DNA of 64,000 bases from a virus. A model generated the notes under the pieces. That model made no database searches. It was given only the letters and a program-made list of their open reading frames with translations, and was not told where the DNA came from. Shown here in pieces: positions 1 through 9,811 of this stretch (position 1 is the first letter of the stretch; each line of letters opens with the position of its first letter). Where the stretch lies: positions 32,001 to 96,000 of the IMG/VR virus record IMGVR_UViG_3300022213_000237; one strand, 5' to 3'. A program made the translations under genes and the position numbers.

Positions 1-2
1 AC

Positions 3-140
3 ACAGGGGTGGCAAGCACTAGTCCTTTGCTGGTACTTATTGACACCACCACGGGAGTAACGCTTCCGTTTAACACAAACGGTGGCGACATTGTCTGGGC
101 GCCGGATTCAGGGGTAAATAAGATTTTTAGGTTAGTGTAG
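3..140 (+). CDS. 3' end of a virion structural protein (partial, runs off window start)
   Basis: Frame 3 reads TGVASTSPLLVLIDTTTGVTLPFNTNGGDIVWAPDSGVNKIFRLV*, resembling the ...NGGDI...NKIF C-terminus of small phage structural proteins; lies upstream of the structural cluster. Confidence 0.55.
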   Translation, partial: TGVASTSPLLVLIDTTTGVTLPFNTNGGDIVWAPDSGVNKIFRLV

Positions 141-176
141 GTAATTTAAAAGTTTCAACAAAAAGGGCGGTATAAG

Positions 177-2291
177 ATGGCTATTCAAGACGATTTTAGT
201 ATTTCTGCAACTGGCGATATTCGCTATACTGGCTCTGGAGCCAACTATACGGTAATTGCACTCCATCGCTGGCTTGGCGACTTGATGGACGACGCTCAGG
301 CATCGGGTAACGATATCCTTGACATTACCGACGCCACTGCTTCTGAACGCGCCACCGACAACCTAATTACTTTAAAATCTCCGTATAATATCGACGCCGT
401 AGCTGCTCAGCATTTATATGACGGTTCTATTGTACAAAGCAATGGCGATGATATCTGGGACGGTTTGGTAGTTATCGCTCCTGCTGGCAGCTATTTATAT
501 ATCCAACAAAACGGTAATAACGTAACGCCCAACTTCTGGACCACGGGACTAAACGCCGACTCAGCTAACGGTATTAGTCACCGTTTCATGATTAAAGTAC
601 GGTCAGGTGGATCTGATATCGACGGACGACGTCTAGTTGGTATTACCCGTGAACACGGTAAAGTGTATTCAGAATTTAGAATTAACGGTACCTCTCGCGG
701 CAACAACGTTCTGGCTCTCAGTGCTGGAGACGACCTAAACTTTACTACTTCAGCCGCTACAATCAAGGGTTGGAATACCATCTCAAATACTGAAGGGTAT
801 CGCCTATTAGACGTAGACAACAATACCGTCAACGAAGCTTACTACAGCGAATGGAATAGAGCTACTTTTTCGATTAATCAGTTGTATGAACGAACCAAAT
901 GGCTCTCAAGACGGGCTACGGTTGAGGATTCCAATTCAGATACCGGCACGGATTATGCTATCGGCAATGGCACTATTACTGGCCAGGCTCAGTCATTTGC
1001 AAACGGTAGCGTAGCACAATACGTTACCAGAGTTCATGCCAGATTGCGCAAAACCGGCTCTCCTACTGGCAACCTTACGGCCAAAATTTATGCCCATAGC
1101 GGATCTTTTGGATCTTCGTCGGTTCCTACTGGCGGAGCGCTGGCGACTAGCGTGAACATCGACGTCTCAAAGCTAACCACCACTTACGCTGAAACTGAAA
1201 TTGGATTCACTACCCAATATTTAATGACTGCTTCCACCAACTACGTAGTATCATTTGAATATAGTGGTGGAGATGGGTCTAATTATGTAGAAGTAGAAGG
1301 CGCAGCGTCTGGCACGCACGCCGGAAATCGCTCAGAAAACACTGGATCTTGGGGAGCGTCTGCTGGTTCTGATTTGTGGTTTGCGGTTTACGACTCACCT
1401 CAACTTTATGGTTTGTCAGGCGAAGTGTTCCGTGGCATCACACACGAAGTTGCAATAGGATCACCTTCAGGCACATTCAATGCAGTAGAATTAGTCACTT
1501 GGTCTGGTGGTAGCGGCCAAATGTTTGCTATTGACTCGCCTACTGCTGGAACTAAGATGTGGATCCAGCTCTTGACTGGTGTAGCGCCAACCAACACTCA
1601 AACTATCACTGGATTTAGTAGTTCTGCAACGGCGGTAGCTAGTGGTACTGCGACTGAACGTTCTTTATCGTTCCCGTTCCTGGGCGTTTCCACCGGCTCC
1701 GCGCTTATTGGTGGATACGGAGTTGGTGTCGAAACGGCAGACTTGACTGCTTCTGACAAGCTATTCGATCTGACTAACACTCAGCGCACTCCGCCAAACA
1801 ACGTGACGTTTACGGTCCAAGGGCTTGTTGCTTCTGAAGATCGTGTTCTAGTAGGTCCAGAATCAGGCGGTACTCTAGACGAAGCTCAGTTCGCCCTCAA
1901 TACTACGCTCAGTGGAGCGACCGAGACTTCTGTGGTTATTACCACTACCATTCCGTCTGACACTCCGTCATCTGGAACTATTCGCATAGAGCTTGATAGC
2001 GGGATTTATCGACGAGTGCCTTATACTTCATTCTCTGGATCTACATTCACCATCGCCAGCACTGATTTTAGTTCAGACAACGCAACTGCTCCAGCTAATG
2101 TGTATATTTCTTACATTGACAAGCTTGCGGGTTCGTCCAGCGAGACCTTCACCGTAGTTTATTCTTCGAATCGTTCATTGTTTGTACGTGTACGCGACGG
2201 TGGCGGCACTCCGATCAAGACCTTCGAAACTACCGGTACTTTGGGGTCGGCAGGCGGTTCATCTACAGTAATTCGTACTAGCGATACATAA
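177..2291 (+). CDS. Large Ser/Thr/Gly-rich beta-strand virion structural protein
   Basis: 704 aa ORF, beta-rich composition, co-directional with other structural-type genes. Confidence 0.6.
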   Translation: MAIQDDFSISATGDIRYTGSGANYTVIALHRWLGDLMDDAQASGNDILDITDATASERATDNLITLKSPYNIDAVAAQHLYDGSIVQSNGDDIWDGLVVIAPAGSYLYIQQNGNNVTPNFWTTGLNADSANGISHRFMIKVRSGGSDIDGRRLVGITREHGKVYSEFRINGTSRGNNVLALSAGDDLNFTTSAATIKGWNTISNTEGYRLLDVDNNTVNEAYYSEWNRATFSINQLYERTKWLSRRATVEDSNSDTGTDYAIGNGTITGQAQSFANGSVAQYVTRVHARLRKTGSPTGNLTAKIYAHSGSFGSSSVPTGGALATSVNIDVSKLTTTYAETEIGFTTQYLMTASTNYVVSFEYSGGDGSNYVEVEGAASGTHAGNRSENTGSWGASAGSDLWFAVYDSPQLYGLSGEVFRGITHEVAIGSPSGTFNAVELVTWSGGSGQMFAIDSPTAGTKMWIQLLTGVAPTNTQTITGFSSSATAVASGTATERSLSFPFLGVSTGSALIGGYGVGVETADLTASDKLFDLTNTQRTPPNNVTFTVQGLVASEDRVLVGPESGGTLDEAQFALNTTLSGATETSVVITTTIPSDTPSSGTIRIELDSGIYRRVPYTSFSGSTFTIASTDFSSDNATAPANVYISYIDKLAGSSSETFTVVYSSNRSLFVRVRDGGGTPIKTFETTGTLGSAGGSSTVIRTSDT

Positions 2292-2306
2292 TATTTATGG
2301 TGGTGA

Positions 2307-4130
2307 ATGGCTTCTGTAACCAACAATATGACCCGCATCCACGATGCGGAAGGCACACTCACCGCCGGTAATATCCCTTCCGGTGGTGCTGGTGCTACTG
2401 CTAATACAGACATTTTCTTACAAGGAAGTCAATCGTTAGGTAAACGTATTACTGTAACGGCAAGCACCGAAGGGTTTGCGTTAGTTGACGCCGCAGACAA
2501 CGATTGTTCGGCCTCTGGTACACATGTTGGTATGTGGATTTGGATTACACACTACTCAATCATGGACGATTTGCGTGTATCGCTATCTACTGGCACTACT
2601 CCATCCACGAACTACGATTATCACACAGTCCCTCTTTCAGAGTTCCCCGCCCTTGGTGGTTGGAAACGCGTGTGGGTACACGTAAACCGCACACCTAGCG
2701 GTACGGCGGGCTCGGGGTTAACCGAATCTCAGGTTCGATGTTATGGCGTACAAGTATCTTTTAGCTCCGGTCCTGGCGGTAGCGCTGCCAATTTGATGTT
2801 AGATGCAGCAGATTACGTTACTGGTCCTGCTTTGACCTTAACTGGAACGAGCGGGGTCTGGACTGATTTTACTACTTCAGATGAAAACTCTACCAATCAA
2901 TATGGTGTAATGCGTAATGTAGGCGGGGTCTATAACTTATTCGCTAGAGTTAAATTGGGCACCAGCGGCTCCTCTCTCGCATTCACGGATTCGAATTTTG
3001 CAGTCGTATACCCAGTTCAGTCACTCGTTCAGTCAACTTGGATGGGAATAGACGTTAGCCTGGAGCATGCTAGTACTGCAATTTCTTGGACAAACGGCGT
3101 TATAAAATCTGTATCAACCTCTGGTAATCAAGGTGATCTTTCGGTTGTTGGAACTTCCGGAACGCTTACTGCTACCGGAATGACAATGGCGTCGCTGCGT
3201 GCGGTCACTTTAACTTCGGTTTGTTCTTTTACGAACTCTTCGTTTATTAGCTGTGGTCAAATTACGGCTCCTGGTAGCACTTTGACCGGTAATAAATATT
3301 CAGGATACGAAGGAACTACCGACAGTGCTTATTTAGTATGGGATGTCAATACCGATACAGACGGCAAGCTAGATAGCTCGAGTTTTACTAAAGGTACTGC
3401 CGCCACCCATGCGATTGAATTGGGTACTTCTAGTCCAACGAGCGTGACGTTACGAAATATCGCCTTTTCTGGATACAATGCAAGCAATGCCCAGAACGAT
3501 TCTACAATTTTGGTCAGTAGAACCACAGGCACAGTAACTATCAGCTTAGTTGGATGTAGTGGAAACATTAGCTATAAGTCGGCTGGAGCTACCGTTACGT
3601 TGGTTGTAGATCCTGTAACGACTCAAGTCACCGTCAGGGACGTAGACACCGGGTCAGTTATACAAAATGCTCGAGTTTTACTAAAAACAGCAGACGGTAC
3701 GGGGCCGATGCCGTATCAAAAATCTACGACCATAACTAGGTCTGGTGCCACGGCCACGGCTTCATGTACCGGCCACGGATTAGTGACTAACGATTACGTT
3801 GTCATCAAAGGCGCTACCCAACAAGAATATAATGGTGTCTTTCAAGTAACAGTTTCGGACGCCAATACATTTACGTACACAGTTACTGGCACACCAGCCA
3901 CACCAGCCACTGGCACCATCACTACCACAGGCGCTCCGTTATACGGCCTAACCAACGCTTTTGGTATACTGTCTGCAACTAGGTCATTTACGACCAGCCA
4001 GCCAATTACAGGATGGGTTAGAAAGTCAAGTAGTGCCGATAACCCTAAATATAAAACCAGTACAGTCGGCGGAACCATTAGTAATACTACGGGGTTCTCT
4101 ACTACTATACAAATGATACCGGACCAATAA
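2307..4130 (+). CDS. Virion fibre/decoration protein with beta-helix-like middle and FCCH-like small beta domain
   Basis: 607 aa, T/S/G-rich; ITRSGATATASCTGHGLVTNDYVVIKGA...YNGVFQVTVSDANTFTYTV matches the HG(L/Y)..GD.V...TFTY module also present in 56786..62410. Confidence 0.55.
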   Translation: MASVTNNMTRIHDAEGTLTAGNIPSGGAGATANTDIFLQGSQSLGKRITVTASTEGFALVDAADNDCSASGTHVGMWIWITHYSIMDDLRVSLSTGTTPSTNYDYHTVPLSEFPALGGWKRVWVHVNRTPSGTAGSGLTESQVRCYGVQVSFSSGPGGSAANLMLDAADYVTGPALTLTGTSGVWTDFTTSDENSTNQYGVMRNVGGVYNLFARVKLGTSGSSLAFTDSNFAVVYPVQSLVQSTWMGIDVSLEHASTAISWTNGVIKSVSTSGNQGDLSVVGTSGTLTATGMTMASLRAVTLTSVCSFTNSSFISCGQITAPGSTLTGNKYSGYEGTTDSAYLVWDVNTDTDGKLDSSSFTKGTAATHAIELGTSSPTSVTLRNIAFSGYNASNAQNDSTILVSRTTGTVTISLVGCSGNISYKSAGATVTLVVDPVTTQVTVRDVDTGSVIQNARVLLKTADGTGPMPYQKSTTITRSGATATASCTGHGLVTNDYVVIKGATQQEYNGVFQVTVSDANTFTYTVTGTPATPATGTITTTGAPLYGLTNAFGILSATRSFTTSQPITGWVRKSSSADNPKYKTSTVGGTISNTTGFSTTIQMIPDQ

Positions 4131-4331
4131 ATGAGTGAACTAGATAAGAAAAATGCTGCAGCAGTATTTTTAGCCATTAGGAATATGGAAGAAAAAATGT
4201 TGGCCCAAGATGCAAAAATTCAGACATTGCATACTTTAGTACTTGATTTAATTAATCGTGTAGATAGTGTTGATCAAAAATGGGCACTACAAAAAATTGC
4301 AAGTATGGGAACAGGAGCGACTGTTAAATAA
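4131..4331 (+). CDS. Small coiled-coil hypothetical protein
   Basis: 66 aa, abuts both neighbours. Confidence 0.6.
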   Translation: MSELDKKNAAAVFLAIRNMEEKMLAQDAKIQTLHTLVLDLINRVDSVDQKWALQKIASMGTGATVK

Positions 4332-4835
4332 ATGATATCTATAAATTGGGGCACACGAGTTATTTCGATACCGAAAGCCGACACGACACTTATACAGCTT
4401 ACGCCGTTTGAAATTAGGGAACTAGATTTAAATGCTTTTAGGTTAGCATTAAAAGATCTTGAGGACAGCGAAAATGGAATGGCTTTCCCTTACACACACA
4501 ATCACAATCCACCGGTATCTGTAGGTGGAGTTACGTTGGCTCGAGTTATTGAATTAGTTAACGACTACACTGTAACTTTTGAGAATGGCAACTATGCCGT
4601 GAATCTAGTCGGCGGCAATAGTAATGTAGCCGACAAGGTTAACTTGAATACAGTATCTGTGCGTGCCGCCAATTCCGCTGGCTTGGTACATTCCAGAGAG
4701 ATCGAAGAGCTTCATAAGCTACAAGGATTGAAGTCTGGATCCCCTATGACTGTCACCCCTACGTCTAGGACCGTAGACACCATCACCCAGACCATTTCGA
4801 CCTCAGGCAGCGACGTCACCGTAACCAGAAGCTAA
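4332..4835 (+). CDS. Hypothetical structural-module protein
   Basis: 167 aa ORF abutting the upstream gene in the structural cluster. Confidence 0.6.
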   Translation: MISINWGTRVISIPKADTTLIQLTPFEIRELDLNAFRLALKDLEDSENGMAFPYTHNHNPPVSVGGVTLARVIELVNDYTVTFENGNYAVNLVGGNSNVADKVNLNTVSVRAANSAGLVHSREIEELHKLQGLKSGSPMTVTPTSRTVDTITQTISTSGSDVTVTRS

Positions 4836-4843
4836 AGGCGTTT

Positions 4844-5491
4844 ATGGCAATTAGCCCTCTATCCGTTGCTACAGATGGACTTCAACCGGTTCCTATTGCT
4901 ACATTAAGTGTAGCGACTGCTGGGTATCAATCAAGCAGTGCTCCAACCATTTATGTAAATGGTGTTGGAATTGTTCAAACAATACTATTGGGAAATAGTG
5001 AACTTAACCTACTTACTTCAACAATATCTGCCGGCATTCAACAATCAATTGCTTTAAGTGAGTCTACTGTTGGACTATCGGCGTCCCCGGCTTCTGTAGG
5101 AATTTTAGAGGAGGTACTGGTTGGACGACCAAACATCAATGCCGACGGCTCACCCCTATCGGTCTCCTCCGCTCAAGCCGCAGCCTTGCGAAGTCTTAGT
5201 TTGTTACTTCACGACGCCTTTGCTGATGGTATTGAGAATACTGATTCCGAACATGTAGCAGATCGAATCAAAGTATTCGTGAATTTGTCCGCGCTTCAAC
5301 AAGAACAAGTTGAAAACATATTCAATGAAGCCGCAGCCGCATTTACCAGGGCTCTGAACATTCCAGGAGAGCTGCCTACCACCAGTAATGATAGTTCTGT
5401 TACATTGGCCAAATTGACGACCACACCAGGCAGCACGGGTTCATTGACGTTCGTGGACGGTATTTTAACGGTTAAGGTAGATCCTACTTAG
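4844..5491 (+). CDS. Putative fibre-associated structural protein
   Basis: C-terminal GSLTFVDGILT resembles phage fibre termini; internal QVENIFNEAAAAFTRALNIPGELP resembles the N-terminal peptide of 12687/15774/17382. Confidence 0.5.
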   Translation: MAISPLSVATDGLQPVPIATLSVATAGYQSSSAPTIYVNGVGIVQTILLGNSELNLLTSTISAGIQQSIALSESTVGLSASPASVGILEEVLVGRPNINADGSPLSVSSAQAAALRSLSLLLHDAFADGIENTDSEHVADRIKVFVNLSALQQEQVENIFNEAAAAFTRALNIPGELPTTSNDSSVTLAKLTTTPGSTGSLTFVDGILTVKVDPT

Positions 5492-5494
5492 CTT

Positions 5495-5869
5495 TCAGAA
5501 CCCGTAATCACTCCAATCTTCGTTCCAATCTTCGCTCCACTCTTCGAAAGGATCTTGTCTTTCGGAAATGAACCCGCTCTCGAGATCTTCAACGTAATCA
5601 CCCCTAGCATTACAGGCCAGACAAATAGGAGCCATTAGCGGTTCCTTTTCCCACTCCCATTCGTGGGGAGAATCGAAGTGAGTAGAGGTCCCATCAGGCA
5701 GTTTAGAAGTACCAGGAGTATTTGCGTACATCTTATACAGAGCCTGTACTCGTTCTTCAGTCCACGGCTTAAAAGTGGATTGAACTTTATTTGGCGGCTG
5801 CGAAGGCGGACTAGGCTTCTTCTTTACTGCTTTCTTGGTTTTCTTTACTTTAACCTTTTTCATGTCCAA
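5495..5869 (-). CDS. Hypothetical protein (Lys-rich N-terminus, CxxC, acidic C-terminus)
   Basis: 124 aa ORF overlapping the stop of the upstream - strand gene. Confidence 0.55.
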   Translation of the reverse strand: MDMKKVKVKKTKKAVKKKPSPPSQPPNKVQSTFKPWTEERVQALYKMYANTPGTSKLPDGTSTHFDSPHEWEWEKEPLMAPICLACNARGDYVEDLESGFISERQDPFEEWSEDWNEDWSDYGF

Positions 5870-6200
5870 TCCGCTTCCTTAAGAGTTTTGAGGAATTCTT
5901 CGTCCAAATCTTCGGCCTCTTCATCGCTGCCCGAACAAGTAGACGTGATTCGATTCCTGAAGAACCATTGATAGTCCCCATCTGGGGATATTTCTAAGTC
6001 GGCGTAGGAGTTATTTCTGCTCCACATGAGGACTAGATTTTTGTCTTCGTTGAGATAAATGGCTGGAGCAGGCACTGCCTCAAATCCTTTATCTATTAGA
6101 TTCAAAAATTATGAAAAGCAATACATTGGAACCCGGTAACGGCGGCCTCAAAGGCTTTAACGGCTTCAATCCATTCTTTAGATCGCTTATAGTCTGACAT
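5860..6200 (-). CDS. Hypothetical protein, apparently split by a 1-nt deficit in a T5 run
   Basis: ATG 6200 with GGAG RBS reads ...AFHNF*; one extra T at 6104-6108 joins it in frame to LNLIDKGF... (ORF 5860..6105). Confidence 0.5.
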
Positions 6201-6215
6201 GATTGCTCCAAAAGA

Positions 6216-6254
6216 AAAACACTCTAGCACATGGAGAGGATGCTAGAGTGTTTT
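6216..6254 (-). terminator. Intrinsic terminator, possibly bidirectional
   Basis: Perfect inverted repeat AAAACACTCTAGCA / TGCTAGAGTGTTTT just downstream of 6270..6527, followed by a T-rich tract on -. Confidence 0.75.
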
Positions 6255-6269
6255 GACTACTACTTCAGG

Positions 6270-6527
6270 TTAGAAAGCTGCGAATACGGTGGCACCGTTA
6301 CGGCGTACGGGGCCACGTGGATCGAAAACGACTTTGATGTCGCCTGCGGCCTCGAGTTCATAGGTACGGGCTCGAACAGAAGCAGGCCGAACACCGGTTC
6401 CGTCGTCGTTAACAAAGCGTTTGTTAATTGATTCGTAGGCCTCGCGCACGGTGACGCCATTGCGGCGACGCTTTGCCATTTGGAGAATGAGTTGCTTGAG
6501 AGTTACGTTTTTGGTTGTAGTTGTCAT
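6270..6527 (-). CDS. Small basic winged-helix-like DNA-binding protein
   Basis: GVTVREAYE...PASVRARTYELEAAGDI pattern typical of wHTH; own promoter, AAGGA RBS and terminator. Confidence 0.5.
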   Translation of the reverse strand: MTTTTKNVTLKQLILQMAKRRRNGVTVREAYESINKRFVNDDGTGVRPASVRARTYELEAAGDIKVVFDPRGPVRRNGATVFAAF

Positions 6528-6584
6528 TGCTTAAAATTCCTTGTGAGTTTGAGTCGGTGCTCGGTCTATTTGTAACGGGAAGAT

Positions 6585-6773
6585 CTATTTGCATTCACAC
6601 GTGGTCGTGCCGTAAGGACCGGCGTAGCCGCAGGAGCGAACCCCGTTGGAACACACCTCCTTACATTCTTCACACACAGACTTCTTGGGCAGCTTACATG
6701 CGGGCGTACCTCCATCAGGCGCAGTCGACGGCTCCGTCGTAGACAGAAGAGACATAAGCAAAAAGATTTTCAT
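6585..6773 (-). CDS. Small secreted Cys-rich protein
   Basis: Hydrophobic N-terminus, PDGG linker, 7 Cys; GAGGA RBS. Confidence 0.55.
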   Translation of the reverse strand: MKIFLLMSLLSTTEPSTAPDGGTPACKLPKKSVCEECKEVCSNGVRSCGYAGPYGTTTCECK

Positions 6774-7022
6774 GAGTTTTCCTCTTTGGGGAGTACTGAT
6801 TTTTGTAGCGTCGCGATCTTATCCGCTAACACCCAATTCCCTTTTTCAGATATTCGACTTGGCGTCGAAGCTCCGCGTTCTCGCCCCTAGCGGCTCTACG
6901 GTCTTTTTCGGCTTTGAGCTTTGCCGCCGCCCACCTTTCGTTGGCAGCAATCAGCGCGTTCCGTAACCTCTCAATTTCTTTGAGTGCCTCATCAAGAGTG
7001 AGGGGCATGGGGGCTTGTTCTC

Positions 7023-7385
7023 TCACTTTAAGGCTCCGTAAGGAGTAAAGACAGGGCAATAGTCCGTGTGCGTGGGTCCATAGCCGGTGGCGTCGTAATA
7101 ACACCAAAGACAGTGGCCGTTAGAGTCAGGGTGAGCATCCACAGCCTTTGCGGTAGCGGTAACTCCTAAGTCGTAGGCCTCGAGTAAGAGCTGTCTATAC
7201 TTCTTCACTTCGCCTCTCAGCCTTTTAACCTCATTCACCAACATCATCGAATCTTCGCCAGTACATATTTCACAGCGCTCCCAGGGATCGCGCCCATGAA
7301 CGCATTGTAGAGGGGCGGCGTCGTAAGGAATCTCGAAAGCTTCGTTGGCCCGGTCCTGGATTTCTTGTAATTGATCTTCAGTCAT
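7023..7385 (-). CDS. Hypothetical protein with Cys/His metal-binding motifs
   Basis: CVHG...CEIC and CLWC...HTDYCP. Confidence 0.6.
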   Translation of the reverse strand: MTEDQLQEIQDRANEAFEIPYDAAPLQCVHGRDPWERCEICTGEDSMMLVNEVKRLRGEVKKYRQLLLEAYDLGVTATAKAVDAHPDSNGHCLWCYYDATGYGPTHTDYCPVFTPYGALK

Positions 7386-7644
7386 TTTTTAACCACCTGA
7401 CATATCCGTCTTCAATCCAAGTAACCATGTTGTTGCATCCGGGGCATGGCTCAGCAGCATACCCCGTCTTCGTATACCCCGTCTTCGTATACAAAGGCGA
7501 CTTAGGTAATGGATATCCGCACGGCTCCCAAGGGCATCTTGGGGTTCTTTTGCGCTTCTCGCCCAGGACGTGCTCGGCTAGCGCGTATCCAGCACAAAAG
7601 AAGAAAAATGCGAGAATAGGGCCGATAATGATTAGAGGTTCCAA
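7378..7644 (-). CDS. Membrane-anchored Zn-ribbon protein
   Basis: N-terminal TM, CPWEPC/CPGC; contains a 15-bp tandem duplication (YTKTG x2, 7459-7488). Confidence 0.5.
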   Translation of the reverse strand: MEPLIIIGPILAFFFFCAGYALAEHVLGEKRKRTPRCPWEPCGYPLPKSPLYTKTGYTKTGYAAEPCPGCNNMVTWIEDGYVRWLKND

Positions 7645-7690
7645 AAATAACTCCTTGACAATTACAGTGTTTTATGGTTTAGTTGTGAAC

Positions 7691-7966
7691 ATGAAAACTT
7701 ACTTACTGTTGTTTACCGCCTTGATCTCTGCCTGTACCTCCAAGACGCCACGCGTCAAGGAGGTCTGCGACCATCTGGGCGGTAACAAAGAAACCCACGA
7801 TTTCTGTATCAATAAGCTTGGATACATGAAGGAATACGCGCTTTTGCCCACGACTCCAGTAGAGCAAAAAGAGTATTACGACAAATTCATGCGATGCCTC
7901 ATGAAGCAAGACAATTGGGACGAGGCAGGTGAAGTGTGCTCTTCACTTAAGGTCGAAGAACCTTAA
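7691..7966 (+). CDS. Putative lipoprotein
   Basis: MKTYLLLFTALISAC lipobox; TTGACA at 7655-7660 puts the predicted start site on the ATG. Confidence 0.65.
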   Translation: MKTYLLLFTALISACTSKTPRVKEVCDHLGGNKETHDFCINKLGYMKEYALLPTTPVEQKEYYDKFMRCLMKQDNWDEAGEVCSSLKVEEP

Positions 7967-8183
7967 GTGATGCCGTGTTTAGTGTCGTAGTAATTCCACC
8001 AAAGGGTCAGAATGAACGAGTTCAGCCAGACCGATGGTGCGCCCAGTGTTACGCCGTAGATGTGAAAAGGAAACGTATTACAGGCGTGTCCCACAAGAGC
8101 CAGGACCATGAATCGACCCAAAGTTTTTATAGTTTTGTCCATAAGAGCAATATACCTACAGATCAATTCGGTATGAAGGAGAC

Positions 8184-8564
8184 ATGTATGGAATAGCTAA
8201 CAACCTTCCGGTACCATTGCTGCTTGCTATTGAGGATGTGCACGGGGAGCGCGTTTTCACCATAGACGGCAACGGAGCCACGACCTTCGGTCCGCATTAT
8301 GACGAAGACGAAGCCCTGCGCATACTGCGTTCTGTCTTCGGGTTTACATCATCTGATCAATATGTTGATTTTGCTTTTCGAGATGCCGCAAACAATACTT
8401 TAATTGAGTCAAAAACTAGGGGCGAAGTGAGCTTCAGCCCTAAAATCACCGACAGAAGAGTTATTAGTTTATTCCGGCGCATGGCTCACTATGTAGGTAA
8501 GTGTACGTGCGGCGCCGATTCCTGTGGACATCCTAACCATTCGTCTTGGTGCGATAAGGTATAA
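8184..8564 (+). CDS. Hypothetical protein with C-terminal CxCGA...HxxWC tag
   Basis: 126 aa; GATC 19 nt upstream; ends CTCGADSCGHPNHSSWCDKV. Confidence 0.65.
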   Translation: MYGIANNLPVPLLLAIEDVHGERVFTIDGNGATTFGPHYDEDEALRILRSVFGFTSSDQYVDFAFRDAANNTLIESKTRGEVSFSPKITDRRVISLFRRMAHYVGKCTCGADSCGHPNHSSWCDKV

Positions 8565-8566
8565 AC

Positions 8567-8905
8567 ATGGAAGACTTGACTTACGATGATTGGAAAGAAG
8601 ACGGAGTCGCGTGCAGACGCTGTGGCAAGCCCGTTGAAGGCTTAATTTTAAAAACAAATGGTGCGAGCAGCACTCATTTGAGCTTGACCGGCTGCTGCGG
8701 TCCCACAAATGTATTTTACGCCTGGAAAGAAAAATCGAGTCTCCCATCGTTTGATGAGAGCAAAGAACTTGCTTGGATTAATCAGTTGTATTGCCGGCGT
8801 ACAGAGTCTGTGAGTAACGCGCTACCGATGCAGCCAACTACACGTCTTTGTAACTGCCCAATATCGTCGCTAATGGTTTCGGGTTGCCGCTGCGGCGGGA
8901 AGTAG
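8567..8905 (+). CDS. Zn-finger hypothetical protein with C-terminal CxC..L..GC tag
   Basis: CRRC, CC, and terminal CNCPISSLMVSGCRCGGK. Confidence 0.6.
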   Translation: MEDLTYDDWKEDGVACRRCGKPVEGLILKTNGASSTHLSLTGCCGPTNVFYAWKEKSSLPSFDESKELAWINQLYCRRTESVSNALPMQPTTRLCNCPISSLMVSGCRCGGK

Positions 8906-9015
8906 ATCCTACAGTAGAAGAGTGAAGAGCCACCTCGTGGTTGGGGTTGTTGACGGTGTGGGTTCCGAGCCGTGGCTAATTCGGGGCCGTCGATCCACCG
9001 GCTTTATTCAATTTA

Positions 9016-9165
9016 ATGGATAAAGAAAAAGAAATTGAATTAGAATATTTGCGGAGCATTACCCGCTGCAAATATTTATTTATTAATCCGAATTATCCTG
9101 AATTAAATTTAACCATGTGGTGCCCATGCTCCAAGGTCACTGGCCATAAAGATAGATGTGGGTAA
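9016..9165 (+). CDS. Small protein (49 aa) not in the ORF track
   Basis: MDKEKEIELEYLRSITRCKYLFINPNYPELNLTMWCPCSKVTGHKDRCG*; fills the gap between + strand genes. Confidence 0.45.
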   Translation: MDKEKEIELEYLRSITRCKYLFINPNYPELNLTMWCPCSKVTGHKDRCG

Positions 9166-9176
9166 AGGTGGTGCAA

Positions 9177-9548
9177 ATGAATATAGAAGAAGCTACATAT
9201 TTGGACGAAGTGCTGGAAGCCCTCATGCCCTTGCTTACGCCGAGTGAAATACTGGAGTTGCTTGGGAGCGATAACGTGCATCATGTGAGCGCCATGTGTA
9301 GGGGCATGTCGTTTTTAGATCGCTACGAACTCTCATTCCATTGGGCCGAGTTCGAGGCAGCTGTAAGGGCTCTGCTACTGCACCCAAATTGGGGCGTGGT
9401 GATTACGGCCCTGGACACACTGCGAGCCATTAAAGCCTACGATTCTATTACGTTTAAAATGGTTTGCGAACTCGCGAAGTCACCCATTCCCATAGTTGCC
9501 CAAAACGCTGACTATTGGCTTGTGGAAGCACTCGATGACGAGATGTGA
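9177..9548 (+). CDS. HEAT-repeat-like protein
   Basis: LLLHPNWGVVITALDTL and LAKSPIPIVAQNA resemble HEAT helical pairs. Confidence 0.45.
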   Translation: MNIEEATYLDEVLEALMPLLTPSEILELLGSDNVHHVSAMCRGMSFLDRYELSFHWAEFEAAVRALLLHPNWGVVITALDTLRAIKAYDSITFKMVCELAKSPIPIVAQNADYWLVEALDDEM

Positions 9549-9549
9549 A

Positions 9550-9801
9550 TCACTTCTTGAAGTATTTGGAATGACAAGCGGTTCCCACAGGCCAACCGCC
9601 CATATATCCAGGGTCTTCTTCGGGGCTCGACTCGTCTCCCCAGTCTGAACCACCGTTGATGACCACTGCGAAGTGAGGCCACTCCCAAGGTCCGCCCTTC
9701 ACGCCCTTGCCGCAAATAGCGCATGGAGTCTCTCCGTCGACACATTTCCTGCTGTTTTCTCGGTACTTTGGCCCGCTAAAGGGCGGTATCGTGTAGCTCA
9801 T
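9550..9801 (-). CDS. Zn-finger hypothetical protein
   Basis: GGAGG RBS before MSYTIPP; CAICGK ... VGTAC. Confidence 0.6.
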   Translation of the reverse strand: MSYTIPPFSGPKYRENSRKCVDGETPCAICGKGVKGGPWEWPHFAVVINGGSDWGDESSPEEDPGYMGGWPVGTACHSKYFKK

Positions 9802-9811
9802 GTTACCTCCC

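Noticed and set aside
7459-7488. 15-bp tandem repeat as a regulatory element
   Set aside because: In-frame YTKTG duplication inside a small ORF; likely simple slippage.
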